A stretch of DNA of 62,178 bases, filler included, from Rhabdomonas costata (taxonomy: Eukaryota): NCBI GenBank assembly GCA_019059605.1. It is 21 parts of 21 records of this genome, joined end to end, with 100 filler letters (N's around TTAATTAATTAA, not from the genome) between each part and the next. Parts side by side here need not be neighbours in the genome. Positions count along the whole stretch, not along the records: positions 38,607 to 41,466 come from JAHMHO010001859.1; positions 41,567 to 44,428 come from JAHMHO010001860.1; positions 44,529 to 47,381 come from JAHMHO010001861.1; positions 47,482 to 50,343 come from JAHMHO010001862.1; positions 50,444 to 53,303 come from JAHMHO010001863.1; 16 more parts are not named here. The stretch is one strand, 5' to 3'. Shown here piece by piece: positions 38,763 to 51,437 of this stretch (its first letter is position 1; each line of letters starts with the position of its first letter). The position numbers were made by a program, and so were the translations under genes. The notes beneath the pieces are model-generated. The model searched no databases and was not told the DNA's origin. It was given only the letters and a program-made list of their open reading frames with translations.

Positions 38763-41466
38763 CTAGAGCAGCACTTTGGCACCTCTGCAGAGGTCTTCGT
38801 TGACCTTGGCAAGGCCTTGGGAAGACAAGTTCCTCAACAGAGCGCACTCGCCCTTCCTCAGATCCCGCCCCGCTGCTGCGGACACGGCATTGACGACTTC
38901 CGTTGGGCACATGAAAAATGGGCAAAGGAAATGCACGAGGATAGCTGGATGAACCGCGGACGAAAAGGGCCCAAAATAAATGTGAAAAGTAAAAAACAAA
39001 GAGCGGAGGTAAACTACATCAAGAAAAGAAGGAAAGAAAGAAAAACGTGGTGCGAATAACACATCTGTAACCTACCACGCAGCAGCGGCAGCTGTGCCAG
39101 CAATGCTTTCTTTCTAACAGAAGCAAAACCATGACCCAGGAACTTCAAAAAAAAACGGCGCCTTGCTGCGCTACTATGAGGAAGAGATATTTTTGGAGGC
39201 AACTTTCAAAGGTGCAATAAAACAGAAAAGACAGAGACACACTCGACCCTTTGCCAGGGCCAGGACCGAACCCCTTCTTGCAATTTTTCTTTGTCTTGAA
39301 AAAACTCTGCACCAAAACAGAAAAATTATTCAGCCTGAATTTCATTGGATTTTTTTAACATTATCTGCCAAGTAGTCTCTAGTCATTTCCTTTTCATGGT
39401 TTGATGTCCGATTTTGCAGCGTCATACTCCGTTGCTTCAATGGCTCCCTATCCCTTCGACTTTTTTACATGGCTCCATTCCCGAAGTTCACGACTATGTG
39501 TATTTTCAGTCGTTCTAAACTCTTGCCTGACGAGCGCACAGGTCACTTTAAACTTCTTCCTGCGCACAAGTCTCCTCCCTGCGCTTGCCCGAAAGGTGAA
39601 CAACAAGCGCTGGACTCCTCGGGTGCCCACCGTGATACCGTGAAACCGTGGGGTTGCTCTGGTAGCCTCAGCCAAGCCGAAAGAATAAGTGAGGAAACGA
39701 GAGTTCTAACACAGCCAGCGTCTTCTCAAGGTAAACGCCATCATAACCTAAGCACAGAAACGAAGGCACCCGCGGTGGGGGGCAAAAAGGCATGCACATT
39801 CACGCAAGTCAGATTGCAATGCAGCACAGGCTGGACAAAGCTAGAAGAAACGCAGGGACAACGCCGTGAATAAAAACCGAACAATCGGCTCACTGAGGCA
39901 GGCATCTACGATTAAAGCAGAGCCCACACTTCAGTTGTTGTCCCAGCCGCAGATTACCGCGCTGGGGAAGAGAAAGGTAAAGAGCGAAAAAATGGGCAGG
40001 GGGTCGGGGGCTTCTTTTTCACGCATACGCGGGAAATAAGTCGAGGGATCTAACGTCGCCCGTGCACGGGCCACTGCGGCCACACAGAAGAAGGTGCTGT
40101 ACAAGTGTGCTACTATGACCTTGGAGAGAATCTTCCTTCCTCTAACCACGCTGTATGGGCGTTGGGCTCGTCCCGACCGCGCCTCAAGGGAAGGCGGGAT
40201 CTTTCTAAAAACAGAGCTCTTTGGGGCTCAGGGTCAAACACGGGCAGAAATGGTGGTGACACTCATTACCACATCAGAGTAGTTTACAAAGCAACGACTT
40301 CCAGAGCAACAAAAAATAAATGACCGGACACAGCCTCAATTGTTCACCAGCACCGAGCTTGAGTGAGAAAACGGACATGCCAGATGCGAGGTGGCGCATT
40401 GGGGAGCGCATATAGAGTGGGGAACGAGGCACCACGAATGAGGAATATGGGAGTTTGGAAAAACAAGGCATGATCACGAATGGTATTTCAGGGCTTCTTC
40501 AGCACCCGCGCGAAAAGGCCCTTCAAGGTAACTTTCCTGTGAGAAAAAACCAGTGTTTTTGCCAAGAGAAGTCACAGCAATGCGGCGAAAAAGTTCTTGC
40601 CGTGACAGGGTCAGCACCAAACAGACCGATTTTACAAGAAGAAACGTAAGGGGTAACTACGTGCACAGAGAATCAATCAATACATGCACCGAAGAGCAAA
40701 AAAGCAAAACAGGCAATCAACTTTTCACATTAAAGTCGTCACTCGCGCTTTTTCGAGAGGCATTGCGCACACTTTCTATAAGTACTGTTTCCAGCGCTCC
40801 GACCTCCAGTATGGCAGTATGGGGCGACCTGGAGAGGGAGCAATTGGGCATTGGCCCGGGACTCTTATGAATAAAATATCTCGAAAAGAAGCTTGATTTT
40901 TCGATGTTTTAATCAAATTAGTCGTGGCCCAAAGAGGTTGCATACCAACACATAGAGCACTAAAGGAGCCCTACAAGCAAACGCAGTGACAGCGACGTTT
41001 TATTATGTCAATTGCCCTTTTGGTTGTGCAGGGACAAAAGAGCGATTCACTGGTTACACAGACACTGTCCGGAGGTCTGCGGCGCAGCGTACGAGGAGTA
41101 GTAAGGTGGGTCGTGGGTAGCAGGGGAGGTAGTGCAGTAGATGGAGCTCTTTGCAACTGATCGTCAAACGGGACAAATGCGCGGGAGAAAGAAGACGCTT
41201 CGCAGATATCCAGATGCAAAAGTACCACGGATGCCGAGACCCCATGCTCGCGCTGGATTTAAAACCAGGAAAAAGACGATCAGTCGAGACGAAGACGGCC
41301 ACACAAGCACAAATACACCTCCTTTGAGGGGGCACCGAGCGACACGGGCTCGGTGCGGGCAGCTCGAACCGAACCACAGGACGGTCGGTTGAGCTGCTCT
41401 GCTGAGAGGACGATGACAACCCAACAGAGGAGGTCGCCGAGGAGATATCACCCAACACACCCAACA
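38763..41466 (-). CDS. Probable multi-exon hypothetical gene (exon boundaries not resolved)
   Basis: Several GC-rich exon-like blocks on the minus strand ending in ...GLAKVNEDLCRGAKVLL*. Confidence 0.3.
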
Positions 41467-42569
41467 NNNNNNNNNNNNNNNNNNNNNNNNNNNNNNNNNN
41501 NNNNNNNNNNTTAATTAATTAANNNNNNNNNNNNNNNNNNNNNNNNNNNNNNNNNNNNNNNNNNNNGTGTTGTGTGTTTGGGTTGTTGGTTGCGCCAGCG
41601 CTCCAGTCGTTTGCGCAGCGTTGAAGTGACTTGGCGGTTTTGCCGACGCCCACCTCGAGAATATGGGGCCAGGATGAGACGGGGAAGACAAGCAGCAGGT
41701 AAGTGTTCTCGGTGGCGGGGTTGAGGGTCAGGTTTTCGAGCAAAGTGGACAACTCGTCCGCCCTGAATTTGCTTCGGAATGAAGCGAATGACTCCATGAT
41801 CTCGCTTTCTGCGAGACGTCCAGGCGTCGACTGCACAAGGCAACGGCAAACTCCTCCCTGACAAGGACAGCGCCCAAAGGAAGCTGCTCCAGAGGAAGAA
41901 GGTACAGAAGCCATTGAATTTGTGAGAGCGACAGAGGCGAGTGACTTGGACTGAGTATAAAAACACGAAAAGCACCCAAAAGATTCACGCGGAAAAAAGA
42001 ACCTGGGCTCGGGTTCCCCTCGGACTCCTGGACACGCATTCCTCCCTGGTGGACCTCTCTGGTGGACGGTCTTCCGGCCCCCTGCTTTGTAGAAGTGTAC
42101 GTAGTGCCCGTGGTTGTCCACCTTTTGCCTGTTGATCTCCCCATCTCCCCAGGAAGGGGCGAGGGCATATAGCGGCAGCTTGTTTTATGTAGTGTGGTTG
42201 CTGTGATGCTGGAAAGGGTAGTAGGTACTATTCTTTTTCAGCCAATTTCGTTTGATCTCGAAATACCCAAAAAAAAGAACACATACCATCAATAAGGACC
42301 GGCGTGTGTTCTAGCCCCCTACTGAGTGGGGGTGCCAGATGCTCTTTGCATTTTGTGTTTTCTTTGTGCCTGTCTGTATTTGCACAACATATTTCAAATT
42401 AGCGTATTTAACTCATTGAATAAAAAATTAATAATACTCACACTCTAATGTTTAGTTACAATTTTCAGCCGAAATTTACAAAATTTAAGTTCAGAATATA
42501 TTTGAGCACATTTTAAAAAAATTTTCTCTATTGATGAGAAACGGGGATGCATGTGTCCGGGTGGATACC

Positions 42570-43330
42570 GAGGTTGAGGTGCGCAGAGCGAGAGACCGCC
42601 TGACCTACTCATCCCTTGGTGATATTGACTCCCTTGGTGTTAAGGGACTTATCCCAGAAGGCGAGCGACTCATGATGCAGCTGTTCTCCCGCGAAGAGTT
42701 TCCCCCCGCCCCCTTTCGAGCGGGCCTGCGCTGGATCCTTGACAATCCACTTCGAGGAGGCGACTATAGATGTCCTACGTGCCATGCTCTGGGTATGCCG
42801 CGGGTCAGCATGCGGTTGTGTGCCTCGGTTGTGGAGCGATTGGCAGAGGACACACCTTCCTCAGAGACGTCCTTTTCGAGGTGTGTACCTTCTCAGGTCT
42901 GGCCGTTGAGAAGGAGCAGCGGCTTCCTCAGCACCCGGAACGGAGGCCAGCCGACCTCCTGCTTCGCCAGTGGCACCACCGACGTGATCTGGCCGTGGAC
43001 ATGACCATTCACTCCTCCAGCTTGCTGAGCGCCCGGACACGATTCTCGTAATCGGCTACCACCTCCCGCCTGGACAAGCGGCTGCACACAAGGAACACCT
43101 ATCCGCCAAGCTCTGCGCAGGGGCGGGCTGGTCCTTCCAGGCCTTCCCCGCGGCCACATATGGGGCGCTTCACGCCGACAGCTGCCGCTTGGTGAGTTGT
43201 GATCGCGAAAGCGATCAAAGCAAACCCTTTCGCGGACAAGACCCGCGTCTCCTCCGGTATTTGGCGGGCTGTGTCCACAGCTGCTGTGGGGCGGGCGGCG
43301 CGTCAGCTCGCAGTGTTGGGGGAGTATGAA
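42570..43330 (+). mobile_element. Degenerate CRE-like non-LTR retrotransposon 3' end (CCHC zinc knuckle + RLE)
   Basis: FRAGLRWILDNPL..CPTC..GQHAVVC..GHTFLRDVL..GLAVEKE..RRPADLLLRQW..DLAVDMTI..AAAHK..CAGAGWSFQAF..TYGA..IWRAVSTA, with frameshifts. Confidence 0.85.
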
Positions 43331-44598
43331 TCCCCCTTGGGACTACATTTGCAGGTGCTGGACAATCTCGCCCCAGGTCCGGTGAGCAGAGAACACGACA
43401 ACGCAGCACTCCTCGACGAGGAGGTTGATGGCGTTTTGTTTTCCGACTTAGGTAGAAAAATCATGCAGGACGAGAATAGGACGAGAATTTTGGGTGAGTT
43501 GACTCTAAACGCGTGAAAACGCCCTCAAACGCGTTTTTTTTGAACCCCTGACCTGAAGCTTTTTATAGCACCGCTGTATACATTTTTTTGCCCATTTCGG
43601 CGAAGGTATGAACTGTTGGGTCCAGTTTATTTTTGCGGGCCCGGCATTTCTGTGCTGCGAAGCGCAGCGGAGCTCCTGCACAAGGGGTGGGGGTACACTT
43701 TTGTGACAATTGCCGTTGGTCTCGAAGGGGTTGGTGGGCGATAAACTTTTTTTTTGCATCACCCCTCTTATGACTTATGAGGTGAGGTGAGGTGCCTGCT
43801 GACAAAATAAGCCCGTAACACTCAACGCCATTCACCAGTTACAACTTAACGAAGACGACCGGCCGCGCTCGGGGGTGAGCGTGAGGGTCAACGTCTTGCG
43901 GTGCCCCCCTTGGAGGGGGGCACAGTGCCGTTACTTGTTTGATTGCAGCATGGAGAGAATTCCGATTGGGGAATAATTTCCGATTATTGATTAAACGACT
44001 CCTTCCAAAAAATTTTACAGTCGTCAGTGGCCGCTTGCCGCGTTTCGCCTGCAAGTAATCAGCACAAAAAGGAACCTGTATGTGACGTCAATGATTGTCA
44101 GGTCGCGTAGGATGTCTTTTACGCTGCAAAGTTGGACACTTTTTACATTCAACGCTTACGTTCGTGCAACTTTCTGTAAAATGCAAGGGAATTCTTTGCG
44201 CAAGGGAAGGGTTGGCGTTTCCCCAAACTCCTGATATTCACCTCCTCTTTGTTTGAAATTTGGTCTGATGCAGTTTGCAAAAAAAAAAAAAAGCAGGGTT
44301 TTTTTGTGGCTTTGCCATAAAAATTTTTCCAGCCATGCTTTTCGTTTGATTTTTGCATGCCTTTCTCCTCTGTTCGCAATGCTTCATATTCGGTTTTGGT
44401 GCTTTTGTGCTTGCCCACGCTTTGCTTTNNNNNNNNNNNNNNNNNNNNNNNNNNNNNNNNNNNNNNNNNNNNTTAATTAATTAANNNNNNNNNNNNNNNN
44501 NNNNNNNNNNNNNNNNNNNNNNNNNNNNGTGTTGGGTGTGGTTGGTTGTGGGGGTGAGTAAGTGCGCGCGAGTATGTGTATTGGTGTATCTGCATTGC

Positions 44599-45483
44599 CT
44601 GATTGTGGTTCAGCTTCAGGGCCCCGCCCACGGAGCCCCCCGTGGAGAGCTGGCAGTACTCCCACAGCCCATCAAACACAGGGCAATCCTCGCCGACATT
44701 GAACCGCGCCAGCTGCTTCGCAAATTCCTTCTGGTTCTCTGGGGAGATCCGCTTGAGGAACTGCACATAGTCATCCGTATGGAACTTGGTCATCTCCTTA
44801 AATAGGAATGGGGAGGGTGTTGCGTAAATGGGTTGGGAAGGGGTCAAACCTGTCAGAGGGCGTGACTGCGGAAGGGCAAAATAAGTCATTTCGGTGGCTT
44901 TAGGCACTTCACAGGGTGCTGGAAAGGTGAAAATTGTGTGGAAAAGTGTGAAAACTCGATCTCAATGTCACCGCTGCGAGGTGGCAAGGGCAAAATCTTG
45001 CCATCTAAGCTGTTATCGTGTCAATCTCCCCTGTTCACGCCCTCTTTTCATGCCTGTACCCCAGTAACTTAGTGGGCCTTGTGTTTTTGTTAACCAAAAA
45101 AGTGCAAAAAAAAACTCTCTGTTGACCTTTTTCCTCTTGGCTCTGTAGGAGATTTTCTCGCGTTGAGTTATTTTCTATTGTCAAGAAGAAAGACCTTTAA
45201 AGCGGAGAGGCCCCAAACGAAGACCACGGTGCTTATTCCGCAGGTTCGTGCCGCTTCAAGAAAAGCGCATTCAGGAGGTAAACCAACCGCGTCCACGTCT
45301 ACGCCGCAGAGGCAATGTATCATAAAAAACTCACAACCAGGGCAGGACCTGCTCATTGGCGGGGTGGGGGCGGTAAATCTCCATCTTCTTGTACAAGCCG
45401 TAGTTGCACATCAGGTTATGGGTCATCTTGATCCGGATGGGCTTCATGGGATGACGAGATGCATCCGATTCAAAGCTTGACAT
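44599..45483 (-). CDS. Class I (Rpd3/HDAC1-like) histone deacetylase, 5' part; exons 45483-45349, 44796-44599
   Basis: [49 protein letters not shown]...[33 protein letters not shown]. Confidence 0.96.
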
Positions 45484-45685
45484 GCTGAGTTTTTTTTTGT
45501 CGTTTTAATCCGAAATTCACGCGAACATGCTCATCGGTTCGGTTGTTTCTGCGGATTGCTGCCCCCTTGTTGCCCCCCTTGTTTCGTTAACTTTGACCGC
45601 GGATGTCTCCGCCCCATGGATAAAATCTGCACGTGACCCAGGTGACCCAACCCCTGCCCGGCTTGCGTGTGCTCACACCTCACAG

Positions 45686-46346
45686 GGGTCCATCAATTCC
45701 ATCCTTCTTCAAACCGATGCTAGCGGAAAATGGGAGCGGGTTCTGACCTCCAGTGCGGACCACACCATCTCGATCCTGGACTTTGACCTGGGGCGCAATG
45801 GTCGCTCTTTTTCCTCCCTTAACCTGATCCCTCCCTCCCATTCTCTGCGGAGTGTATGCTCCCGCGCACATTCCCAATTCATGAAATCGGGTGTTTTCTG
45901 CAACCCCTTTGGCTGGTGCACCATCGACAGCGAAAGAAAAGAGACCGAGAGAAAGAGCAATGGGCCGCCCGCCATCTCATCGCTTCCGAAAAGAACGACC
46001 CACAGCAGGGGCTGTGTTCCCTTGCCCATGGTGTGCCTGCACATACCCATCTACACCTCCCTTTTTTGCCTCTCTTTTTTTGTGCTGTGTTTTGTGCGAA
46101 GGACCCTCGACGCTTGACGAGTATTTGGGATTCAAAAAAAGGGGGACTGTGTCGGATTGACTTCACAACTTCGGCCCCGTTTCGGGGGGGGGGGAGTACC
46201 TTCAATGATCAGGCTATGTCGGATTAGGTTGAGTGACATTTCTGTGTGGTTGTGCAGCGCGGCTCTACGCGATGCCTGGTGAGGTGGCATCGGTGGACCG
46301 CTTCAAGACCGGGTGGTTCGCCACCGCCTGCTCATCGGACAACAAG
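45686..46346 (+). CDS. WD40-repeat protein fragment; exons 45686-45800, 46258-46346
   Basis: GSINSILL...RVLTSSADHTISILDFDLGRNA-RLYAMPGEVASVD...WFATACSSDNK; in-phase GT-AG intron. Confidence 0.65.
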
Positions 46347-47745
46347 GCGACGTTCTTGCTTTCTCCCTACCTCCATGCAAATTGCCTTAACTTCCATCAT
46401 TTTTATAGCTGAACGCAGGGACGGGTCCTAACCAATCTAAGAATAGAGCACGTAATCGAGTGAAAAGATGTTAATTCTTTAGGGTAGTTATTTTTGCAGA
46501 GGCGGGTTTCTCGGGTCATGTAATTGCTCATTCCTGTTGCACGGGAGGCCGAATTCTGTGCAGTTTTAGTCTTAGGGCAGTATGCTAAGGACAAGACGGT
46601 TTTCCTCATCGAACCGGGCCGCCGATATGCCCACGTGTTGATACAATGGACGCATAATCTAAGGTTGCGCGTGATGTGTATTTTCCGGTTTTGGGCGGGC
46701 CAGGCTCTGGCAAGTCTAGTTCTCATTTTTGGTCCCAAATCGAAATGCTTTTGGACCACCCTGTGCGGGCAGCACTTACCTGTTCGGGAGCCGAGTTTCT
46801 TTGTCTCTTCGGTATGTCTGAACATTGAACCTCCTCTCGTTCTCATGACTTTCCTCTATGAAGATAACGCTGTGGGACGCCTCGAAAATGCAGCCCAAGC
46901 CTTCCCGGATGCAGCTGCCCCACCCGACCGTCGTGGTGCGTCAGTGGCCGTTGCCACCCAGTTGCCACCCGTTGCCTTCCCCACCCCTCTCTCTCACCAC
47001 GACCGTTTTTCTCATTTTGCGAGGGTAAGGGTGAGGCAGCACCCCAGGGCTATGGCAGGCTTTTCAACAGGCCAACTTTTTTGGGGGCCTGCAGTCTTCC
47101 GGTAAGGCCCAAGTTTGTTTCGTCCTCCCCACACTTTGCGCTATTAATTGGGCAGCGGCGCTAATAGCGCCGTGCGCAGCGAACAGTGCTCATGAGGAGC
47201 AAGTTCCAAGCATCGGGAGATCGGGGAGGCAGAAAACGTTTCTCCATCCTGGACGGATGATTCTCGCGCAAAATCAACCGCGAAGGTGCCGTCGCGGGGG
47301 CCAAGCTTCTAAGAATTAGATGAACACGTGACAAATCCAATTCCTGATGTTGCAAAGTTTCCACCCAAAACCCAAACACACNNNNNNNNNNNNNNNNNNN
47401 NNNNNNNNNNNNNNNNNNNNNNNNNTTAATTAATTAANNNNNNNNNNNNNNNNNNNNNNNNNNNNNNNNNNNNNNNNNNNNCTGCAAAGTTATGCTTCGG
47501 AGTCTTTTGGTTTGTTCAATGGTGGGTGGATGATGCCGGATGGAGCAGATATTATCCCTGGCAACCGCGGAGGACGTCCCTCCCCCTGATCTGATTCCTC
47601 GTTCTCTGGGTACGAGAGCTTGCTTGTGTGAAGGGGGGGGGGTGGAGGTTCAGGCCAAACGGAAAAGACACCCTGAATGGTGGTCCTGAAGTGGGGATCC
47701 GGTCCCTGTTGACTTGTTTCTGCTGTGGTTTAGGGCATTCGCGGT

Positions 47746-49292
47746 GTGCTGTTATCGCAGCAGCGGGCCAGCCTCCTGCCTGCGCGCAACAGGGTGCTGA
47801 TTGCGATTGTACCGCGAGAAAGTCCACCTTTTTTTATTGTTAAGCCACCGCGGTGCCCATGTTCGTCCCTTTCTTCAGCCTGCACTGAAGTCGTATGCTG
47901 GACCACCGTCCGCAGCTATCATTTGTTGCTTCTGCTTTTTTCGAGGGCAGTGAGGAGAGAGAGAGGAGAGCTTTCTGTTCCATCGGTTCCTTTTTAGTTT
48001 GGCACCATTTTCCTCTTCTGAAATGAAGTCCGTATCGGACCTTTTTTCAGAGAGCGGCAGGGTGTCTCTGCGCCCTTCTCCACCTCGTCTTTCGCTTCCT
48101 GCTGAGTGCGCCTCTCCACCCACGACTCCTGCGACCTAGCGTTTTGCTGTGCAGCTACGTTTTCATCTGAAAATGTGTGCAGTTTGTACCGGTTCCAGGA
48201 TCTTGGTGCACCACTAGATTGCCCTGTGTGTTTTATGGCAACCACATGCCCCTCCCCCCTTCATCAGTGCCGTGGTGCGCCGAGAAAGTCCTTCGTCCAG
48301 GTCGTTTCGGGCCGGCCGTTAGATGGTCTGCTTTGAATCCTCCAACCTTGCTGATCCCTGATGCAGCGCCTTGTTTTTCGGGTGGGGGCGGGGGCAACCT
48401 CTCATTTTATGTTCTTTGCCGCAGCTACATTTCCGCTCCACGAAGCGAAGACGCCCTTCCCTCCGACCGCTTTCCTTCCACTCTTCCGACAACCCAGCTA
48501 CCGTGTCAACCCCATGCCATTCACAGCACGGTTGCCATCACGTTTTGAGAACACCTGAGGGCACTACGCGAAGCCTCGCGTTTGGTAGCGCTCCTCCTCC
48601 TCAATCTTTTCGCTCGAAGCATCAGTCGGCGGATCTGGGAGAGAGAGAGAGGAGGGGGCAAATTGAAACCACACTCCACCAAGGTTTGTGTGCCGTGAGA
48701 AGTTGCAGCACTGTCTTGAGTTTTTTTGTACTCCGAGCAAGAGAGAGTGCGTGTGTGAGGGGCGAGGTTACGCGTGTTGAGGAATTCCGGTAGAAGACAC
48801 ACTGAAAGGTGTCTCAGGTGCCTCAGGATTTGGGTTAGGGTTAGGGTTAGGGTTGGGGTTTAGGTTAGGCTTCACTGTATCTGCTGTTGTCGCTGTGGTG
48901 GGTCACCCACCTGCCCGGCTGCAGCAAGGGGGGCTGAGTGTGGTTGTACCGCGAAAAGCCCCACCCCCTCCCCTGTATTTCCATGTAACGCTTCCTCGGT
49001 GCCCACTTTCATCCCTTTATTCAGCCTGCACAGGTGACGTGGACAGGACTGCTGTCCGCGTCTATCATTTGTTGCTTCTGCTGTTCACTTCTGCTCTTCA
49101 CTCCGAAGATGATGAGGAGAGACACATATGTTGTTCTTTGTGTGCTTTGTATTCCTCTCCATCGGTTTCTTTTTTGTTTCGACCCCTTTTCCTCTTCTGA
49201 AACGAAGTCCAATCGGACCTTGTCAGAGAGCGGCACCCTTCTCCACCTCGCCTCTTTCACTTCCTGCCGAGTGCGCCTCCACCCACGACCTC
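47746..49292. repeat. Two diverged direct copies of a ~390-410 bp unit (~47746-48130 and ~48882-49292)
   Basis: Collinear shared blocks TTGTACCGCGA, CGGTGCCCA, TTCAGCCTGCAC, CTATCATTTGTTGCTTCTGCT, TTTTCCTCTTCTGAAA, TCAGAGAGCGGCA, GAGTGCGCCTC..CACCCACGAC. Confidence 0.9.
48829..48869 (+). repeat. Interstitial TTAGGG-type hexamer tract (3 perfect + ~4 variant units)
   Basis: TTTGGG TTAGGG TTAGGG TTAGGG TTGGGG TTTAGG TTAGG. Confidence 0.85.
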
Positions 49293-50443
49293 AGCGATTC
49301 TTCGTGCGCGATGCTCTTAGGTTTCTTCAGGTTCCGACTTGGTTAAAAAAACAATCCTGTCACCCCCAACTTCTCTTGGAGTCTCTTGGAGCAACTCCAG
49401 GGGTGAGTGGGTAGCAGGGGAGAGGGCAGTGGGACTCATGTACTTTCACTGCCTTTGTACGGTTCCTGCAAGTTTGCCAGATGGTGCGCATTGCCTTCAC
49501 CGGTTGGTGGATTAGAGCGGGTATTGTTTGGGAGGGGAAGGCGTGTGCGCTCTGTGTGTGGAGGGGGGAGTCTTTTGCTTGCCAGAATTTATGCAGACAT
49601 AACGAATATTTGCTCATAGCGCACTGGGCAGGCTTCTCGCGTGATGGCAGACCCGGGGAAGCGTTCGATCAATTTGGAGGCGATGATCGAGACGTATGGA
49701 AGTCACTCTGGGTATTGCCCCCATCCTTTCCCCGCAGGGGCAAACCTGGAAACTCTGGCATCTGTCTTGCATCCGGTCAGGATGCATTTCTCACCCGCCA
49801 AAACAACGTGACGGTGGTTTATCAGCGTCACTGTGGTCTCCCTCACACCTTCTTCGTTCAGTACGATATGTCGTACCTTTGCTGCATTCACTTGCTCCAC
49901 CAACCACCTATGAATACTGTTGTGGAGACTGTTCCAGCATTTTTTGCGGGGGTTGCCGGAAACGCTGCACTTCGGTGCTTAGATGTATGTCTGTACCTCA
50001 CTTCGCTTCCCCCTTCTGGCGTTTCTCAGTTTGCCACCTTTTTCACTGTTCCTGGTTTTTTATTCACCGAGCCTATGTCCACTTCGGGTCATATTCGAAG
50101 CCCGGACTCTTTTCAAGGTCTTGTGTATGCATCTGCGCTGGTGGAGCTGTGGGCTGTGTTTGTGCGCCCTTCGTTCATCCGGGTTGTGTGCAAATCATGG
50201 CGTTGCTGAACAGAGCCCTCAGTGTCCGCATGACCTCTGTGCGCGGATCCAAGTGCGCAAACGCTCTTGGTAGCTGGGTCTTAGTGACTGTGCGCCTTCT
50301 GTCCCGATTTCGCCCAGGGCGGCTCTTTGTGTCCACCCCCCCCNNNNNNNNNNNNNNNNNNNNNNNNNNNNNNNNNNNNNNNNNNNNTTAATTAATTAAN
50401 NNNNNNNNNNNNNNNNNNNNNNNNNNNNNNNNNNNNNNNNNNN

Positions 50444-51278
50444 CTGGTTCAGCGCAATCGACTGAAAAACTGGTGGTTGCTGCCAAAGGATTCAGAACGA
50501 CCGTACAGCTTGCAACACTATCTGGCCAGGGAACACCCAGGGGTGGAATATCCTGAATGGTTCCCGGGGGTAGCATAGAGTCACTGATGGGGCGAGTCCC
50601 AGCAGAATCGGCGGAAGTACGACGCAGCGGAGGAGTCAGTGTCCTGTGGGCTTCCAACGCTGCAAGAGAGGTCAACAGGCCCTTGTATGCGAACAGCGCG
50701 CCCCCTTCTGGATGAGGAAGGACTTGCACGGAATCTTGGGCACTGCAGAGACCCTGCTGGATTCCGGGAAAGACAGTGGTGCCTGCGCCCTGAGGGGCTT
50801 TATATGTGAATGGGAACGCAACTGAGAAAATGGTGGTGATCAGGGGCACGGGGAGGAGAAAGTCGCCGGGGAAGGCCACCGAGGGCACGATGAGGCAGGC
50901 CACAGCGGAGATTGCGTGAAGGGGCCGGGAGGAGATCACCCCACACAGAAGCAAGTGCAACACCGCTGGAAGGCAGGGGTACGCCTGAAGGGAGAATTCT
51001 CGATGGCACACGGCGTACACTACCAGGCAAACAAGATATGAAGCCACAAGCGGGACTTCACAGCGTACACGAGTCACCGCCCCGTAGCTCCACCACGCGG
51101 AAAGGAGGCAAAACGCAGCTACACAAACGTCTCCCACAATGACGGCGTACAAAGTGACTGAAGGGGTACCGGAGGTGGTGAAGAAGGCCGTCAGGGCAAT
51201 CGTGAATAATGACCACAGAACGGCAAGCTTCAACCCGCGGTAAAGCTTACGAAAGCATGTTGGGAAGTTTTCCATCAT
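50444..51278 (-). CDS. Multi-pass membrane protein, long intronless first exon (partial)
   Basis: ~278 open codons from ATG with about 5-6 hydrophobic segments followed by a Pro/Ser/Thr-rich region; preceded by a polypyrimidine tract. Confidence 0.6.
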
Positions 51279-51437
51279 TGAAGGATAAAAAAGAAAGCAC
51301 AAAAAGAGAAAATACGGTATTCTTGAAACAAGAGAAACCGGGAGGTGACACAACTTGCAGGAAGAGCCGAAGACACGAAGAGCTTGAGACGAAAGAACAA
51401 CTACCACAGAAAAAGAGGCTACACATACTGGAAAGAG

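Noticed and set aside
41440..41600. GT-rich contig starts and AC-rich contig ends resembling telomeres
   Set aside because: Irregular and present on most contigs; typical of low-quality read tails
49481..50343. Overlapping 242-aa and 231-aa + strand ORFs
   Set aside because: Composition typical of shadow ORFs; no domain recognised
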